A DNA stretch of 63,920 nt, counting the filler, from Reticulomyxa filosa (taxonomy: Eukaryota; Protista; Foraminifera): assembly GCA_000512085.1 (NCBI GenBank). It is 18 parts of 18 records of this genome, joined end to end, with 100 filler letters (N's around TTAATTAATTAA, not from the genome) between each part and the next. Parts side by side here need not be neighbours in the genome. Positions count along the whole stretch, not along the records: positions 1 to 13,826 come from ASPP01005928.1; positions 13,927 to 20,015 come from ASPP01012894.1; positions 20,116 to 24,516 come from ASPP01006096.1; 15 more parts are not named here. One strand, given 5' to 3'. Positions 11,372-23,950 of this stretch are shown piece by piece (position 1 is the first letter of the stretch; the number at the start of each line of letters is the position of its first letter). The notes beneath the pieces were generated by a model. That model was given only the letters and a program-made list of their open reading frames with translations, had not been told where the DNA came from and did not search any database. The translations under genes were made by a program, and so were the position numbers.

Positions 11372-12041
11372 TCTTTTTTGTTGATAAAATCCTTTTTGTA
11401 TTTGTTGTTGGAATTGGCTAATCTTTGTCAAATCATGTATAATTAATTTTTTAGAATCGATATGTACAGTTTTTGGTTGAAACAAAAAAAATAATCCACA
11501 AAAAAGTTCATCTATGATCAGTTTTTGAGCTGGTAAAATTTCTGCAGGTAATCTTATTGTAATATCTTTTGAAAGCTTGTAACTCAGCATCTATATTCAA
11601 ATAATTCATCGTTTGATGTTGAACAATCTTTCGATCAATTTCAACAAAAACCAAAAAGAAGTCATATTGATTGCAATAATCTTAAAAGGATAAATTATTT
11701 TAAACATGTGAGAACTTTCTGCAAATTGTAGTTCAATATGAAAATCATTACGCCAATGAGAATGTTAATATCTTGGTAATATTGTTTTGCAAATAAAGGA
11801 AACCCATTTTCGATGATGAAGTTTAAAATATTTATTTTATATGGTGCAACATTTCATTACTTTCCAAATCTTATTTCCGATCTTTTCTTCGTAAACTGCT
11901 TATGTAACAAAGTCAAACCATCGAATTTTTGCAAAAGTTTTAAATAACAAGGGGCAGTCAAAATTTGTTTTAAAAACACTTGTAACGTCACTTTCTTTTA
12001 CAAGCAAAAACAGTAGGAAGCTTGGTATTATTACGAATGAA

Positions 12042-13170
12042 ATGCCACATTTGGTAAGTGTTCATCCTCAAATCAAAGACCATGTAATCATAATGTATTT
12101 TGTTGTTACGAATAAACAAACAAAAAGATTAGACAGAAAATGAAGTAAAAACAATAATTCAAAATTGGATTCGAGCTCTAAATATTAAATTAGGATGGGT
12201 TGATGATTTCGACATAATTGTTGTCAAATATGTTACGTTTCTTTTAAATCGCAAATAGTGATATTTGTTGATGTTATTTACACAGATTAAATATTTCAAA
12301 TTGTTAAGCGTATTACGAGGACATGATAGCACAATAAGCAGTGTGCAATTTTCGGCAGACAGCCGCAGGATTGTCTCGTCTTCAGGCGATAGAACAGTTC
12401 GGGTATGGGATGTTACATCGGGAAGACAAATCCAAATTTTCAAAGGACATTCGAGTTGGGTATTTGCTGCAACATTTCTATCAGAAGGACATATTGTCAT
12501 TTCGTGTTCGGCAGATATGACAATTCGGTCGTGGAGTGTGAAATCAGGAAGAGAATTAATGAGATTGGAGGGGCATTTATCTTCAGTATGGCACGTAAGC
12601 CCTTCTCCAGATGGAAAATATATTATATCGGCTTCAGCTGATAAAACAATTCGATTATGGGACGTGGACTCTGGAAAAGAGATACAAAAAATGATTGGTC
12701 ATTCACAAGGTGTATTGTGTGCACAATTTTCACCAGATGGTCAATTAATTGTATCCTCATCCAATGACAATACAATTGGTATATGGAGTGTAAAATCAGG
12801 AAACATATTGAAACAATTAATAGGACATTCATATCCAGTAAAATTTGCAAGCTTTTCATTAGATAATCAATTGATTGTGTCCGGCTCGGCAGATCAAATG
12901 CTTCGAATTTGGAATGTAGAGTCAGGAAAAGAGGTGAAAGTATTGGAAGGACATTCTAGTGAAGTGAATGCTGTGAAATACTTTCCAGATGATCAGACTA
13001 TTGTTTCTTGTTCATCTGATAAGACAATACGTCTGTGGAATGCAACATCGGGATATGTAATGCAGATATTAAAGGGATCTCTCGATTCCGTGGGATGTAT
13101 CGATATTGCATCAAATGGTAAAGCAATTGTATCAGGGTCAAGAGATTGTTTAATACGGATATGGAAATAA
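12042..13170 (+). CDS. 7xWD40 protein with N-terminal WIR/GW motif, apparently intact (3 exons, ~341 aa)
   Basis: Exons 12042-12083, 12133-12231 (TENEVKTIIQNWIRALNIKLGWVDDFDIIVVKY) and 12286-13170, with phase-0 GT-AG introns and seven WD40 repeats. Confidence 0.85.
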
Positions 13171-13751
13171 CAAAACTTACAAACGCAAACAAATTGGTTT
13201 AAAAAAAAAATTAAATAATTTGAATTTAGATACAATACTACTATTCCTTTATTTGATTCAGATCAGCAAGTACAATTGCACTTGTTTCTGTTTTGTCTGC
13301 TTGATGCTATTCTCGCAATTTTGTAAAAGCTTCTTTTTAAAATACATGCGTCTGATGTTTCTTTCAACCAAGAAATTTTTCATTTATAAATTCTTCACTC
13401 TTCTATCTTTTTTAACACTCCACGTTTTCTCTCAAAAATTGTACGTATATTCTCCATACTTCTTCAAAACATTTGCATATTACTTTGCTGTCTCACGTTC
13501 TCCGACGTTCGACCCTGAAGATCAACAATTATCTCATATGTCGTCTCTCACTGGTTTGCGTATTATTTCTGCTAATTATGTGCGGCGCTGAAATAGCATG
13601 CTACGTTTGAATGTTTGATTAACTGCGTTTGCTTTATCATCTTTCCCTTTTCTGACTCGTGTTTCACTTTCTCTTTCTTTCCACTCATTCATTTTCTTGT
13701 TTTCACTTTATGCTATCGGATAGTCTTTTGTCTAATCTATTTGAATCGATT

Positions 13752-13793
13752 GTACAGTATGTTGCAAAGAAAACTGAACGCATAAAATATATC
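13752..13793 (+). repeat. Dispersed ~42-bp repeat, second copy at 45336-45378 (reverse strand)
   Basis: Identical 24-nt core TATGTTGCAAAGAAAACTGAACGC with similar flanks. Both copies lie at contig ends. Confidence 0.7.
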
Positions 13794-13826
13794 TTATGAT
13801 GATAATTGATTTTCTCAATGAAAAAT

Positions 13827-13926
13827 NNNNNNNNNNNNNNNNNNNNNNNNNNNNNNNNNNNNNNNNNNNNTTAATTAATTAANNNNNNNNNNNNNNNNNN
13901 NNNNNNNNNNNNNNNNNNNNNNNNNN
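13827..13926. other. Artificial contig linker N44-TTAATTAATTAA-N44 (first of 17)
   Basis: Identical 100-nt spacers with stops in all six frames start at 13827, 20016, 24517, 29382, 30895, 34600, 36495, 38327, 43244, 45236, 47560, 49089, 53829, 55384, 57304, 59466 and 62821. Confidence 0.98.
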
Positions 13927-14063
13927 AAGACAATCTTTTTTATTGACAAGCCATTATTAACAATACATGAAAACATTACGTATTGACTTGCTTTTTGTTT
14001 TTATTTTATATGTTATACTTTGATATTTTTTGAAGTTTAATAAAAAGCGTTCTTGTTTAAATC

Positions 14064-16317
14064 TTATCCTTTTTCTTTTTCATTACCATAAATATATACC
14101 AATGTATTTCCATTTTCTCCATGTCCACAAATAATCACAATCAAACCATCGTATTTGCGTGTATTTTCATGAAGCTCATAATTTACAATTAGTTTTGCCA
14201 AAAATGATTGTACATCTTGTTTTGTCATCTTTGGTGATGGGTTACATACAACATCATAATTTAGCTTTTGTCCAAATAATTGACTGAAATTTATAACATC
14301 CTTTTCTTTTACATTTGGTAGATTACTCAATGTTTTATTGTCCATATATTCATTGATTGCAATCATTATCACCAATGCATTTGTTACAGCTTTTGTTTTT
14401 CCAACTACTATTAGTTGTTGGAATGGAATCCAAGTTATTTTAAACGTAGGTTCATTAGTTTCAAATTCTTTCATCATATCTTCATCTGATTCAACAATAT
14501 TATCTTTCATATCAACCAATTGCAGTTTCAAATTTTCTTTGTTGATTTTTTCAAAATCTGCTGCTTCCAAACAGTAATAACTTTGACAAAGTAGTTCTTT
14601 AAATGTCAATTCTTTCAGTTTTATTTAATTTTTTTTTTTCATCCAATATTACATATGCTGTTAGCTATTTTATATTTTGTTACTGTAATTCAATCAAGAC
14701 CAAAAATAAAAAAAGCAAATACTTAACTTCCCCTTCTTTATTTTCATGAAGGTCAAGGTAAACATCAATTGAAAGATGGATATAAGTGATATCATTTTTT
14801 TGCTATTTCATTTTTCCATTTGCATTCATTCAATAACCATACTTGAAATTGTTCACCTGACATTGTTTTAAATTTTTCAATTATCTCCATTTTATCTTTT
14901 TGTTCTCTTTGATTCCACCACTTCATCCATTTTTTGTGTTTTTCCTATTTTTTATTCTTTTTGTTTAACATATTTAATACAATAACAAAGAAAAAAATTA
15001 TTTATAACAATGACATCATTTTCGATATGTTCTTTCTTCTTTTTTTGTTCATCCTTGCATTTGCATTCTATTTCAAAGATAGTAACATAACTTACATTTA
15101 TTAATTTATTAATTGAAAATGAATTTTTATTTTCTATTTACAAAGCAATGCTCAACATCAATATCTTTTTTCACTTTGTTTTATTGTTCGTCATTATCTT
15201 TTTTTACTATTTTCTCCATTTCATTTTCCTTCTTTTCTTCTTCCATTTTCAATTCAATATCTTTTTTTGTTGCTTTTTCACTAAACTATTTACTCACTTC
15301 AGTTTTCACGTGTATTGACAGAAATTCGTTGTTGTATCCTCCAATAATATGCACATACGTGTTGTCTTCACTCAATATTGCGACACAATCAGAAAATCGA
15401 CTGGCTAAAGTGTTTTGAAATGTCGTCCATTTGTTTTCTCGAATTGAATACTTGTGAATTAATTTTGAATAAATGGAATTATTACCATTCAAAGAATAAC
15501 CACCAAAGAATAAGATAGCATCATTGATACACACATACGCATAACAAAAGAATGATGCAATGTCATCACAAACAGGTAGTTGATCAAATTGAAAAATGTT
15601 GTCATCTTCATCATATTCAATTGATAATCCTGTCTTAAAACAAAACAACAGCATTTGATAATTTTGTTTATTTTTTTCTCCATTTATTTTTACCATTTCT
15701 TGTCCTTGTCCATTTCCTAAATTTGATACAAAGCAATGATAATAAATATTATTATTAGTTGGTAAAGTATCATGTTTAATAAACTGAAATGTATTTAAAT
15801 CAAACACACTAATATTATTATATTGAGAAGTGATAAACAACAAATGATTGTTGCGTCCACCAATCACTGCACGCACTCCTCGATAATCATTATCATCTCT
15901 CCCAATGATAATTGGATGATTATGATTGTTTGTGAAAGCAACCCATTCATTGTAATTGTTTGATTTATTTATTTCATTTTCATCATTATTGTTGTCATCA
16001 CTCCAAACACTTACATATTTCATCACCAATGTATGCTTATTTTCTCCATTCCAATTAGATCCAAAAGACAACAAAGTGATTTGATTTTTGTCTTTATTGT
16101 TGTTATCGACCAGTTTCAATACACAGTGTCCAACTAATTTAACATCACTTGGATACTCACAAATAAACTTGTATTCGTTTTTGAGTGTATGATAAGAATA
16201 ACAAGCTCTTTGGTCGTAACCTCCACAAATGAGGAGTTCATGTTTATGTAACACGCATTGTGATTCTTTAAGTGGATTGGGCAGCTCCTTCAAAGTTTGA
16301 AAGGTTTGGTTGCTCAT
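14064..16317 (-). pseudogene. Kelch-like propeller - helical linker - PB1-like - caspase-like (peptidase C14) fusion, degraded
   Basis: Kelch ORF 15286..16317 continues past an in-frame TAG (EVSK*FSEKATKKDIE) and a TAA. Linker exons include WMKWWNQRE...VWLLNECKW. ORF 14064..14609 has NALVIMIAINEY...LPNV..D...YDGLIVIICGHG (p20 with the His-Gly), but no catalytic Cys motif follows. Confidence 0.72.
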
Positions 16318-18150
16318 GCTGTTAATGTTGATGAACTACAAATTAGTTTAGAATTTTTAAAAGGGAGAAGTATATGAAAAAAGTCACCTTTGAAGTAAAA
16401 AAGAATCCAACGCTTTTTGAAGTGACCTGACTATGCAATTCAATAAACAATTACGCTTGGTCAATGAAAATGATGGAAATTATTTTAATTGAATTAAAAT
16501 TGAATATGTTGTGTAAAATGGAATTGTTGTATACACCAGAATGTATTTAATATATGACAACTTCTTTTGTTTTTTGTTTAAGATCAAACGGAAGATGATC
16601 GAGTCTTTTTTCTCTCAAGAGCAAAGAAAGGAGTTGTCAAAAATATTTTGGCAATATGAAAAATGGAGTTTAATAACGTATGTGTAGATAAGAAATTTTT
16701 TAAAAAGAATTTTCCAAACATTAAACTACGTGTACGTCGTTATCATGTGCATATGATCACTTTTCATATTTTTGCGATTTTTTTTATGTGCATTACTTTG
16801 CAAAGAATTTTTTGAAAAAAAAGTGGCTCTTTGAAACTATTCGCTGTGAACATGTCTGCAATAATAACACAGTTGATATCTTCTGCTGCGGAACAGCAAG
16901 AGAGAAATACGTAACCCTTATCCCATAGCGACAGATTGAGCCAATATACAAATGGTTTTACTTTTTGGAATACCAAGATCCAGCTTTGAAACTTGGTTTG
17001 TATAATTTTTTTCCATTGGCTTAAGTAAAATGTTTGAAAGATAAATGACAAATAAAACATTGTTTTGATGTTAATGAAAATAGCAAATGTAGCCATCAAC
17101 ACGTGTGTCCACACATACAAATATATCAAGGTCCTGTAGAAAGATAATTTGAATTATCAAAAAATTTAATCTGAAAAAAAGAATGTAAAATATAATCATT
17201 ATTAATACCATTAATTTAAATTAAAAATTAATTAAATACTTAAAAAAACAACAAAAACCAAAATGGAATATAATGATAACTTTCATCTTGAAGAATATCT
17301 ATTTTCACAAGCTATTACAAAAAAATATATAAATATTGCAAAGTGTACATATATGTATATATAATATAAATGATAAAAATAAGTTAGGTGAAAATGGAAA
17401 CTAAACTTGGGAAAGCGTAAAAATGCGCTTTGATAGCATTTGTTCCTTCGGTGTTGCATTGGCCACGATTGTTGTGAGATTGTAAGCAAGCAATGACACA
17501 ATCATGTGCTTGCCACATTCCTTTTATTCAAAAAATGAGACCACTGTATGAAAGGGGTATACAATGCATCCCAATGCGCGCTAATATCTAATGTCCAAAA
17601 CGCGCAAAACAAAAAATGGGCACTTCTATCAAATAAAATGATTTTTTTCTTGTTAAATTTAAGAAAAAGTCAATCAATGCAATTTTTGTTTAAACTATCT
17701 GATTTGTTGAATAAAAATAAAATAAATAATAAGCAATTTTAATGCATACAAAAAGAATTTGTTGTAATAAATTTTAATTGAATGGTGTCATACATCTTTA
17801 TGTTCTTATTACAAGGCCGACTGATTATGATTTAAAAACACATAAGTAAAAAATTCATCCACAAATGTGCAGTGTGTAGAATTATTATTCTGAAAAACAT
17901 GTTTTTGATTTAAATGATCCCTTTTTTATGCAAAATACATTGCAATCAATAGTCAAAACAAAGATGCACTGGATGTGTCTTGCTGATGTCTGGGGAGAAA
18001 AAATAAAACTCTTTGTCATAATAAAGAAAAACTTACCTGCCTTGAATGACGAAGGAAAAAGAAAACAAAAAGTAACATTTTCCAATGAAAAGAAAATATT
18101 TTTATCCTCAATTCCCACTCTAGCCAAATGTTAATTGTTTATTCTTGATT

Positions 18151-20015
18151 TTATGTTTTTTCAACAAGTGGCAAACCATGTTTGACAGTAATTATCGTTG
18201 CACATTCAATGGGAGTGCACGTTTGAATCCATGCATTGTCAAGTTTAATATCAAAAGAAGAGAGACATTCTTTAAAAAAAATGATAAATAAATTGATATG
18301 ATGATTACAACAACGTCTTTCGATAAATTCTTTCTTTTTTTCTTCATATTTTTTTACATTATTTGATTGCTTTTTCCATTCTTCAAATAAATTTAAACAC
18401 GTAATTGTGACATCCATGCTTCCTCTGGAATCCAATAAAACCCGGTAGATGAGATTTAAGTCAATCGAATGATTCCACATTTTACTAATATGCATAACTT
18501 GTTGGATATACTGATCATATTTTATCCATGTCAATAATATTATTTGTGTGTTTTCATTTTCATTTTCTATTTTTGCACACCACTTCATTGATTTGTTCTC
18601 ATCAGAGACAGGGTCCGCGTAAGATCTTGCAAACAAAATTTCACGTTCATGTTTGAATGGAGATATCCATGAAACATCACAGCTATATGTTCCTTGTGCT
18701 CTTCTCATAGAAGGGTGAAAATGTAAAATACATCCTTGATCACTTCTGTACATCTTTGCGATTTGAATATCATCAGAAGTACTTACATGACTTATGAAAT
18801 ATCCTTCTTTGATTTCCTTTTCATTCTCTAATCTTACTCCTCTCAATCCACAATATAATTCTATACTCTCTTCTTCATGACTATGCAAAATTATAATAGC
18901 ATTTTGCGACCACGTATCCAAATACTTCCATTTGGAATATTGAAATTGTGTTTGATCATAACTAAATTCAACATTACATGATTTACCACAATATAATAAA
19001 ATTGCACAAATTTCATGTAATTGAAGTGGATATCCCATTTGTTTATGGATATCATCATGATATAATATCTTCAATTCATTTAATATTGTTAATATCGTAT
19101 CATTTAATATCAATTCGTTTCAATTCTTTTCATTATAATTAATTTGTTTTTTAATTTTTTTTTTCACCAGTTGATAGTAATGTCTTCGGGACCAAATCGA
19201 TCAAATAACCGTTCGTTATTACTTCATGCAAGAGTTCTTTCAATGCGTTATATTTAATGAAACAATCGAATACATAGCATCTTGAATAATTCTAAGTTTG
19301 AAAAAAATCACGCTCATACAATAATGGATTGAATTTAGGTTTTCGATTTGATAAAATGTTAATATCTCCAATATCCTTTATGTTAGTTCTTTGTGTGCTA
19401 GCACTAATTGTATTTTTGTAAGGCACTATGAAATAATAATTTATTTTCCAATAAACTTGCATATTTAAATAATAAAAATATTTGTAAATATCACTCAATA
19501 GTATATTTTCATTCACATTTGATGGAATTTGTGGATGGCACATATTAAACTTACATTCAAATTTTACCAATTCATTTCCATGGCCATTAGACTCTCGTCT
19601 CATTTGTAATTGATTTTTGAGATGTTGCAGTCCTTGTTTCAAAGTTATTGAATAAAGATTAAACGGTTTTTTAAGTATATTTTTACCATGTCCGTGAATA
19701 ACCTGGAACGAATTAAACTCCTATTAATAAATAGATACAAATAGAAGTTTATTTCATATTTCACGCAACTGACAAATTGTGTGTGAAATCATTAACTGAG
19801 CAGCAATTTGATAAATAATCTCTTTGCCTAAAATCATTTGTGCGGAAATGCCAAGAATTGTTAAGGATGAAACAGCAGTATTTGACACAATTTGTTTCAA
19901 TTTCAGAATAATTGTTGTACCATTGAATATAGACATTGAATTCCAATGATAATTTCTTTGGATTTCCAACTTGTAACGTTTTTACTTTCAAATTTTTTTT
20001 ATTCCATAATACAAT
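18151..20015 (-). CDS. ARTC/R-S-E-type mono-ADP-ribosyltransferase domain protein with a C-terminal UBA-like helical domain; 5' exons frameshifted (possible pseudogene, 5'-incomplete)
   Basis: AILLY...LYCGL...HVSTSDDIQIAKMY...GCIL...DVSWISPFKHEREILF contains the STS and ExE motifs. Upstream pieces 19292..19642 and 19761..19991 are on the same strand. Confidence 0.75.
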
Positions 20016-20115
20016 NNNNNNNNNNNNNNNNNNNNNNNNNNNNNNNNNNNNNNNNNNNNTTAATTAATTAANNNNNNNNNNNNNNNNNNNNNNNNNNNNN
20101 NNNNNNNNNNNNNNN

Positions 20116-22980
20116 TGTTGCTGTTGCTGGTCGTCGAGCCATTGCAGTTTACTCATGCTGGCGACGCAGTCGTTGAGACGGTAGTAGTTAAATGATACAT
20201 TCGACGACGACGTATCGAAGCTACTCAGTATAATGTCAATGTCTTTGTAAAGACCACGTGCAAACTCAACCACTTTTTCCACCGTTTGCAAGTACCGACT
20301 TTCCGTCTTCTCTTTCACCTTTTGCGTCTTTCGGAGGTCGTTTAGCACTGACACAATATCCTTCACTTCGTCCAATGCTTGCACTTGCTGTCTCTCTAAC
20401 ATTCTCACAACCTTGTGTTCCGCTCGCTCAAAATACTCGTCAATCCCACTCAATAACGAGTCCAACTGCTCCTTTGTCCTTTTGCTCACCTCCACGAGAA
20501 CGCACGGCAAATCAAACGCTCTCCAGGATGACACCAAAATGTCAACCACTTCTCCCAAAATGGAAAATCCATGCTTATCAAGTTTTTCAAGGGCATGTTG
20601 ATGATGATGATGATGATGATGATAAGAATAATGTTCAATGTTTTTTTCATCTCCATTTGGTTCACTTTTTTCCGAATTGTTGGGCCCCTGTTTTGTAGTC
20701 TTGTTCAATACAGCGAGTCCTTCACTTGCAACTTTTTTGAGATGAATTGACAACCCATTTTCCAAGTCTGTGACTATGTTTTTGATATCAACGAAGGAAT
20801 GCAGATGGTGTTGTAAAGGCAAGTGTTTCACCAAGGTTTCCAATTTCTTTCGAAGCTCTACAAACTTGTTTGTCTTAATACATTCTTTGGTTTCATCAGC
20901 AAACTTGATGAATCGAGTTTTGAAGCGCTGAACAGTTTTGTCGTAAGAAGCACGACATTCGGGAAAGCAAGCTTGCACTTGTGCAAGTTTGTCCAAATGG
21001 ACTTGTCTTGCACAGTCATCATCATCATCATCATCATTATTACCATCATTATAATCGCCTTCCATTTGATCAGTAAGTTTATGGATCAAGTAATTCATTT
21101 GTTCGTGGAGATTTTGCGTCAAAGACTCGGAGCAAATTGCAGCCTGCAAATGGCATCGCAATTGATGTGCAGACGTAAGTTCGATAACAACTTGTTGGTA
21201 CGCCAACACATCGTCTTTGCCAATGGGATGTGGAGACGCAATGCGTTTGTTGAATATGGACTTGGCATTTTCGGCCTTTCGATTCCATTCATTGGTCAAT
21301 CTGTCCACACAATCGTTATACTCCTGTTCGACATCGGCAAGTGCCACATTATTGTTCAGAGCCACGAGTTCGTCCAACTTTGTTTTGGCAAGCTCAAAGT
21401 CGCCTGTTTGAAAGGCCAGCCAAGCGTGCTCTTTGTGTTTGTGCACTTGCTGTTGAATGGCAACTTTGGAGTCCTCCGAGATAAAGAGTCGAAACATCTC
21501 GTTTGGACTCTGAATGCAATTATCTCTATCACAAAGTATCTTCAGCAAATCATCGGGCGAGTCTTTCAGCAAATCTGGAGCCAGCACGTAGCGTCTTTTT
21601 TTTCGAGCAATATCGGCCAATATGGCTCTGAAATTTTTTTCCTCGGACTTGCAGCTGGTATCTTCCCAAGTACTCTTCATCAGCGAATGCACATGCTGTC
21701 TTTGTTCTTCAGGTAGTTTGGTGAATACGTATGTAAAAGTATAGAGGTGACTTTCGATGGATGGAATCATTTCCACGATTATATGAGCCAAATGCTTGAG
21801 ACCACTCAGTGAATCGCCCAAGCCAGCGTAGCTAAGCACCACAACTGGTCGGACGCTTTTGCAATGCTGCAATGCCCGAATGACTCCAACACCATTCGCC
21901 ACATCGACTTCAGCACCACTCGCATTGCTATCCAACAGAGGGATGTCACAAAACACTATGCTATTCATATCTACAAGGAGGTTCATCTCTTGCAAATCAA
22001 TGGGAATAGCAGTCATGCACGATGGCTCTGTTCTAGTCTTTGTCATCAAGACTCTATTTTCAATGCTCCCTCGTCCAATCATATCCACAGCTTGCTGATC
22101 CAATGTCGATTTTGTTAGAAAATGGACTAACTTGGACTTTTCCACTCCATTGTCGCCTAGGAGCAATATCACGTCTTGGTCTTTCATTACATCCGCTGCT
22201 TCCTTTGTCTTTGCTAACAACTCCAACATTAACTTAATATTAAAATATTCGACTTGCTTATTCTCTGAGCTTGCAAGAGCTGGTCTCAATGATGATGAAG
22301 TGAAATGCTCTTCATCTGGCTCGTCGTTCGTGCGCTTTTGTTCGTTTTCTTTGTAATTTGAACTGGCTCCACTTTTGTCGTCGTCTCGCGTTTGCACTGG
22401 CTCCACATTTCCCTTCTCCAAAAGACTTTGGCCGGCGATTTGGAGTCTCAACATCCACTCATCGGCGTCTTTTTTGGCATAGCACTCCGTCCAAACACGC
22501 TTTAAGTCCTCCGCATTCTGTATTTTGACACTCTTTTGCTGTACGTCTTCCAAGTGCTCCTCATTCGATAGGCCTCCAATCAATCGTCTCAAATCCTCCC
22601 AATGCACCTTCCAATCTTGTCGCTCCATTTCTGCAAAAAAATTCGGATCATTCGATCCTTTCGGACACCATGTCATTATTTTACCCTCTTTCGTGATTTC
22701 CAAACACCTCTTTTTTTTTTTTTAAAAAAAAAAAGGAGTCATATTTCATATCACATATGTATTCTTTTTTGTTTTTGTTTTCGTTTGTTGGCTGACAAAC
22801 CATTTTTAGTGTGTAGAATTGAACGCGCTTATTTTCAATCAGCTTATTCCACAAATAAAAAAAGTCTTTACCGTTGCAAATTGAGTCTTCTTTTCTTACC
22901 AATACAAATGAGGATGTGGTCGTCAAATGAAACGCTTCTTTGATCGTATTTAACAATTCTTCCCAGTTGCGCTTTCTCAT
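20116..22980 (-). CDS. Large protein with two PB1-like modules, a degenerate P-loop GTPase-like domain and a long helical region; 3' end cut by contig end
   Basis: ORF 22681..22980 splices to the 879-aa ORF. DVILLLGDNGVEKS is G1-like, VFCDIPLLD is G3-like and YVFTK is G4-like. Contains poly-D and poly-H tracts. Confidence 0.7.
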
Positions 22981-23644
22981 TCCTTTTGAAAATTTTCCAC
23001 TTTTTTGTTGTCCAGTCGGTTGAAATATTGTTTTTTCATCCCCAAAGAATTTTATTACAACGTACTTTGCCTTTGTTTGATTCTTTTTTTTTTTTTTGAA
23101 CCACGTCGTTTTTTATTTTTGGAGCCGCGTCGTTTTTTGTTTAAAAAAAAAAAGAAGGGAAAACATACCAGATTTGACACTGTCTTGTTCATATATGCAA
23201 AGATAAAGAGTATTCAATAGCCTAGACAATATTGACCAAACAACTTTAACAATATAAATTTACTGATTTTTTTTTTTAACGCAATTCTGTCCGTCACTCC
23301 CCCTTAACTGTTACAACGTTTCGAAGTTTCTCCTTTACATATGCTGTTGAAAACATTTAAAATACCTTTGAAATAGAGAAAATTCTTGCGTTTTAGATGT
23401 TATTTCTTATTCCGTCTTACTCAGTCGGTAAACGATTTGAACATAAAATGTAAATTAGGGAAAGATTGAAAGGCATTTAGAAACTGTGCTTAATGTGAGA
23501 TATTTTCCAGATGGCCAAATGATTATGCCTTGTTCAACTGATAATACGATTTATTGTTGGATATGAAAATTAGAGAAAGAAAGGCTGTTCAGACTGATTG
23601 ACAGTGTGGATACTCCACCAGATGAAAATTCAGCTTGTCCCTGT

Positions 23645-23950
23645 GACGTGATAAACGCTACCCTGTTCGTGTGACCTTGCAGTATTTACAAGGCCACGAG
23701 CAATGGAGTTGTGAAAGATGAAGTAATGGCAGACATTAAAGCTCAGCTTGACAATTCTCAAAAGCAAGCAGATTTCATTGGCACTTTGGTCACTGATGGT
23801 TTGACTGAAAGACCTACTGATTGGGAGAGTTTCAAATCCAATGCAATCAATGATAAAGCATTGTTGGCTTTGACTGAAAATGATTTGAATTCATTGTTTC
23901 CAAATTTGGACAATGATTGGATGAATACAAGACAATGCACAAGTTCTTGA
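23645..23950 (+). pseudogene. Gene remnant: RYPVRVTLQY(fs)YKATSNG module followed by a SAM-like domain
   Basis: FKSNAINDKALLALTENDLNSL matches the SAM pattern F..N.I.G..LL.LT..DL. There is a +1 shift at ~23685 and no intact 5' part. Confidence 0.5.

Noticed and set aside
15180-15290. In-frame TAG/TAA as evidence of a ciliate-like reassigned genetic code
   Set aside because: Long ORFs elsewhere are stop-free under the standard code and end in TAA/TAG. TAG here fits a TGG>TAG nonsense change in a decayed gene.
20258-22356. Long plus-strand ORFs (e.g. 20823..21716) antisense to the GTPase-like gene
   Set aside because: These are shadow ORFs of a GC-richer coding strand with no recognisable motifs. 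The same applies to those opposite the WD40, Kelch and membrane genes.
5875-22980. NLR, caspase, ART and GTPase genes as one physical defence island
   Set aside because: They lie on three different contigs separated by linkers. Only within-contig neighbours are real, and any functional link is thematic.
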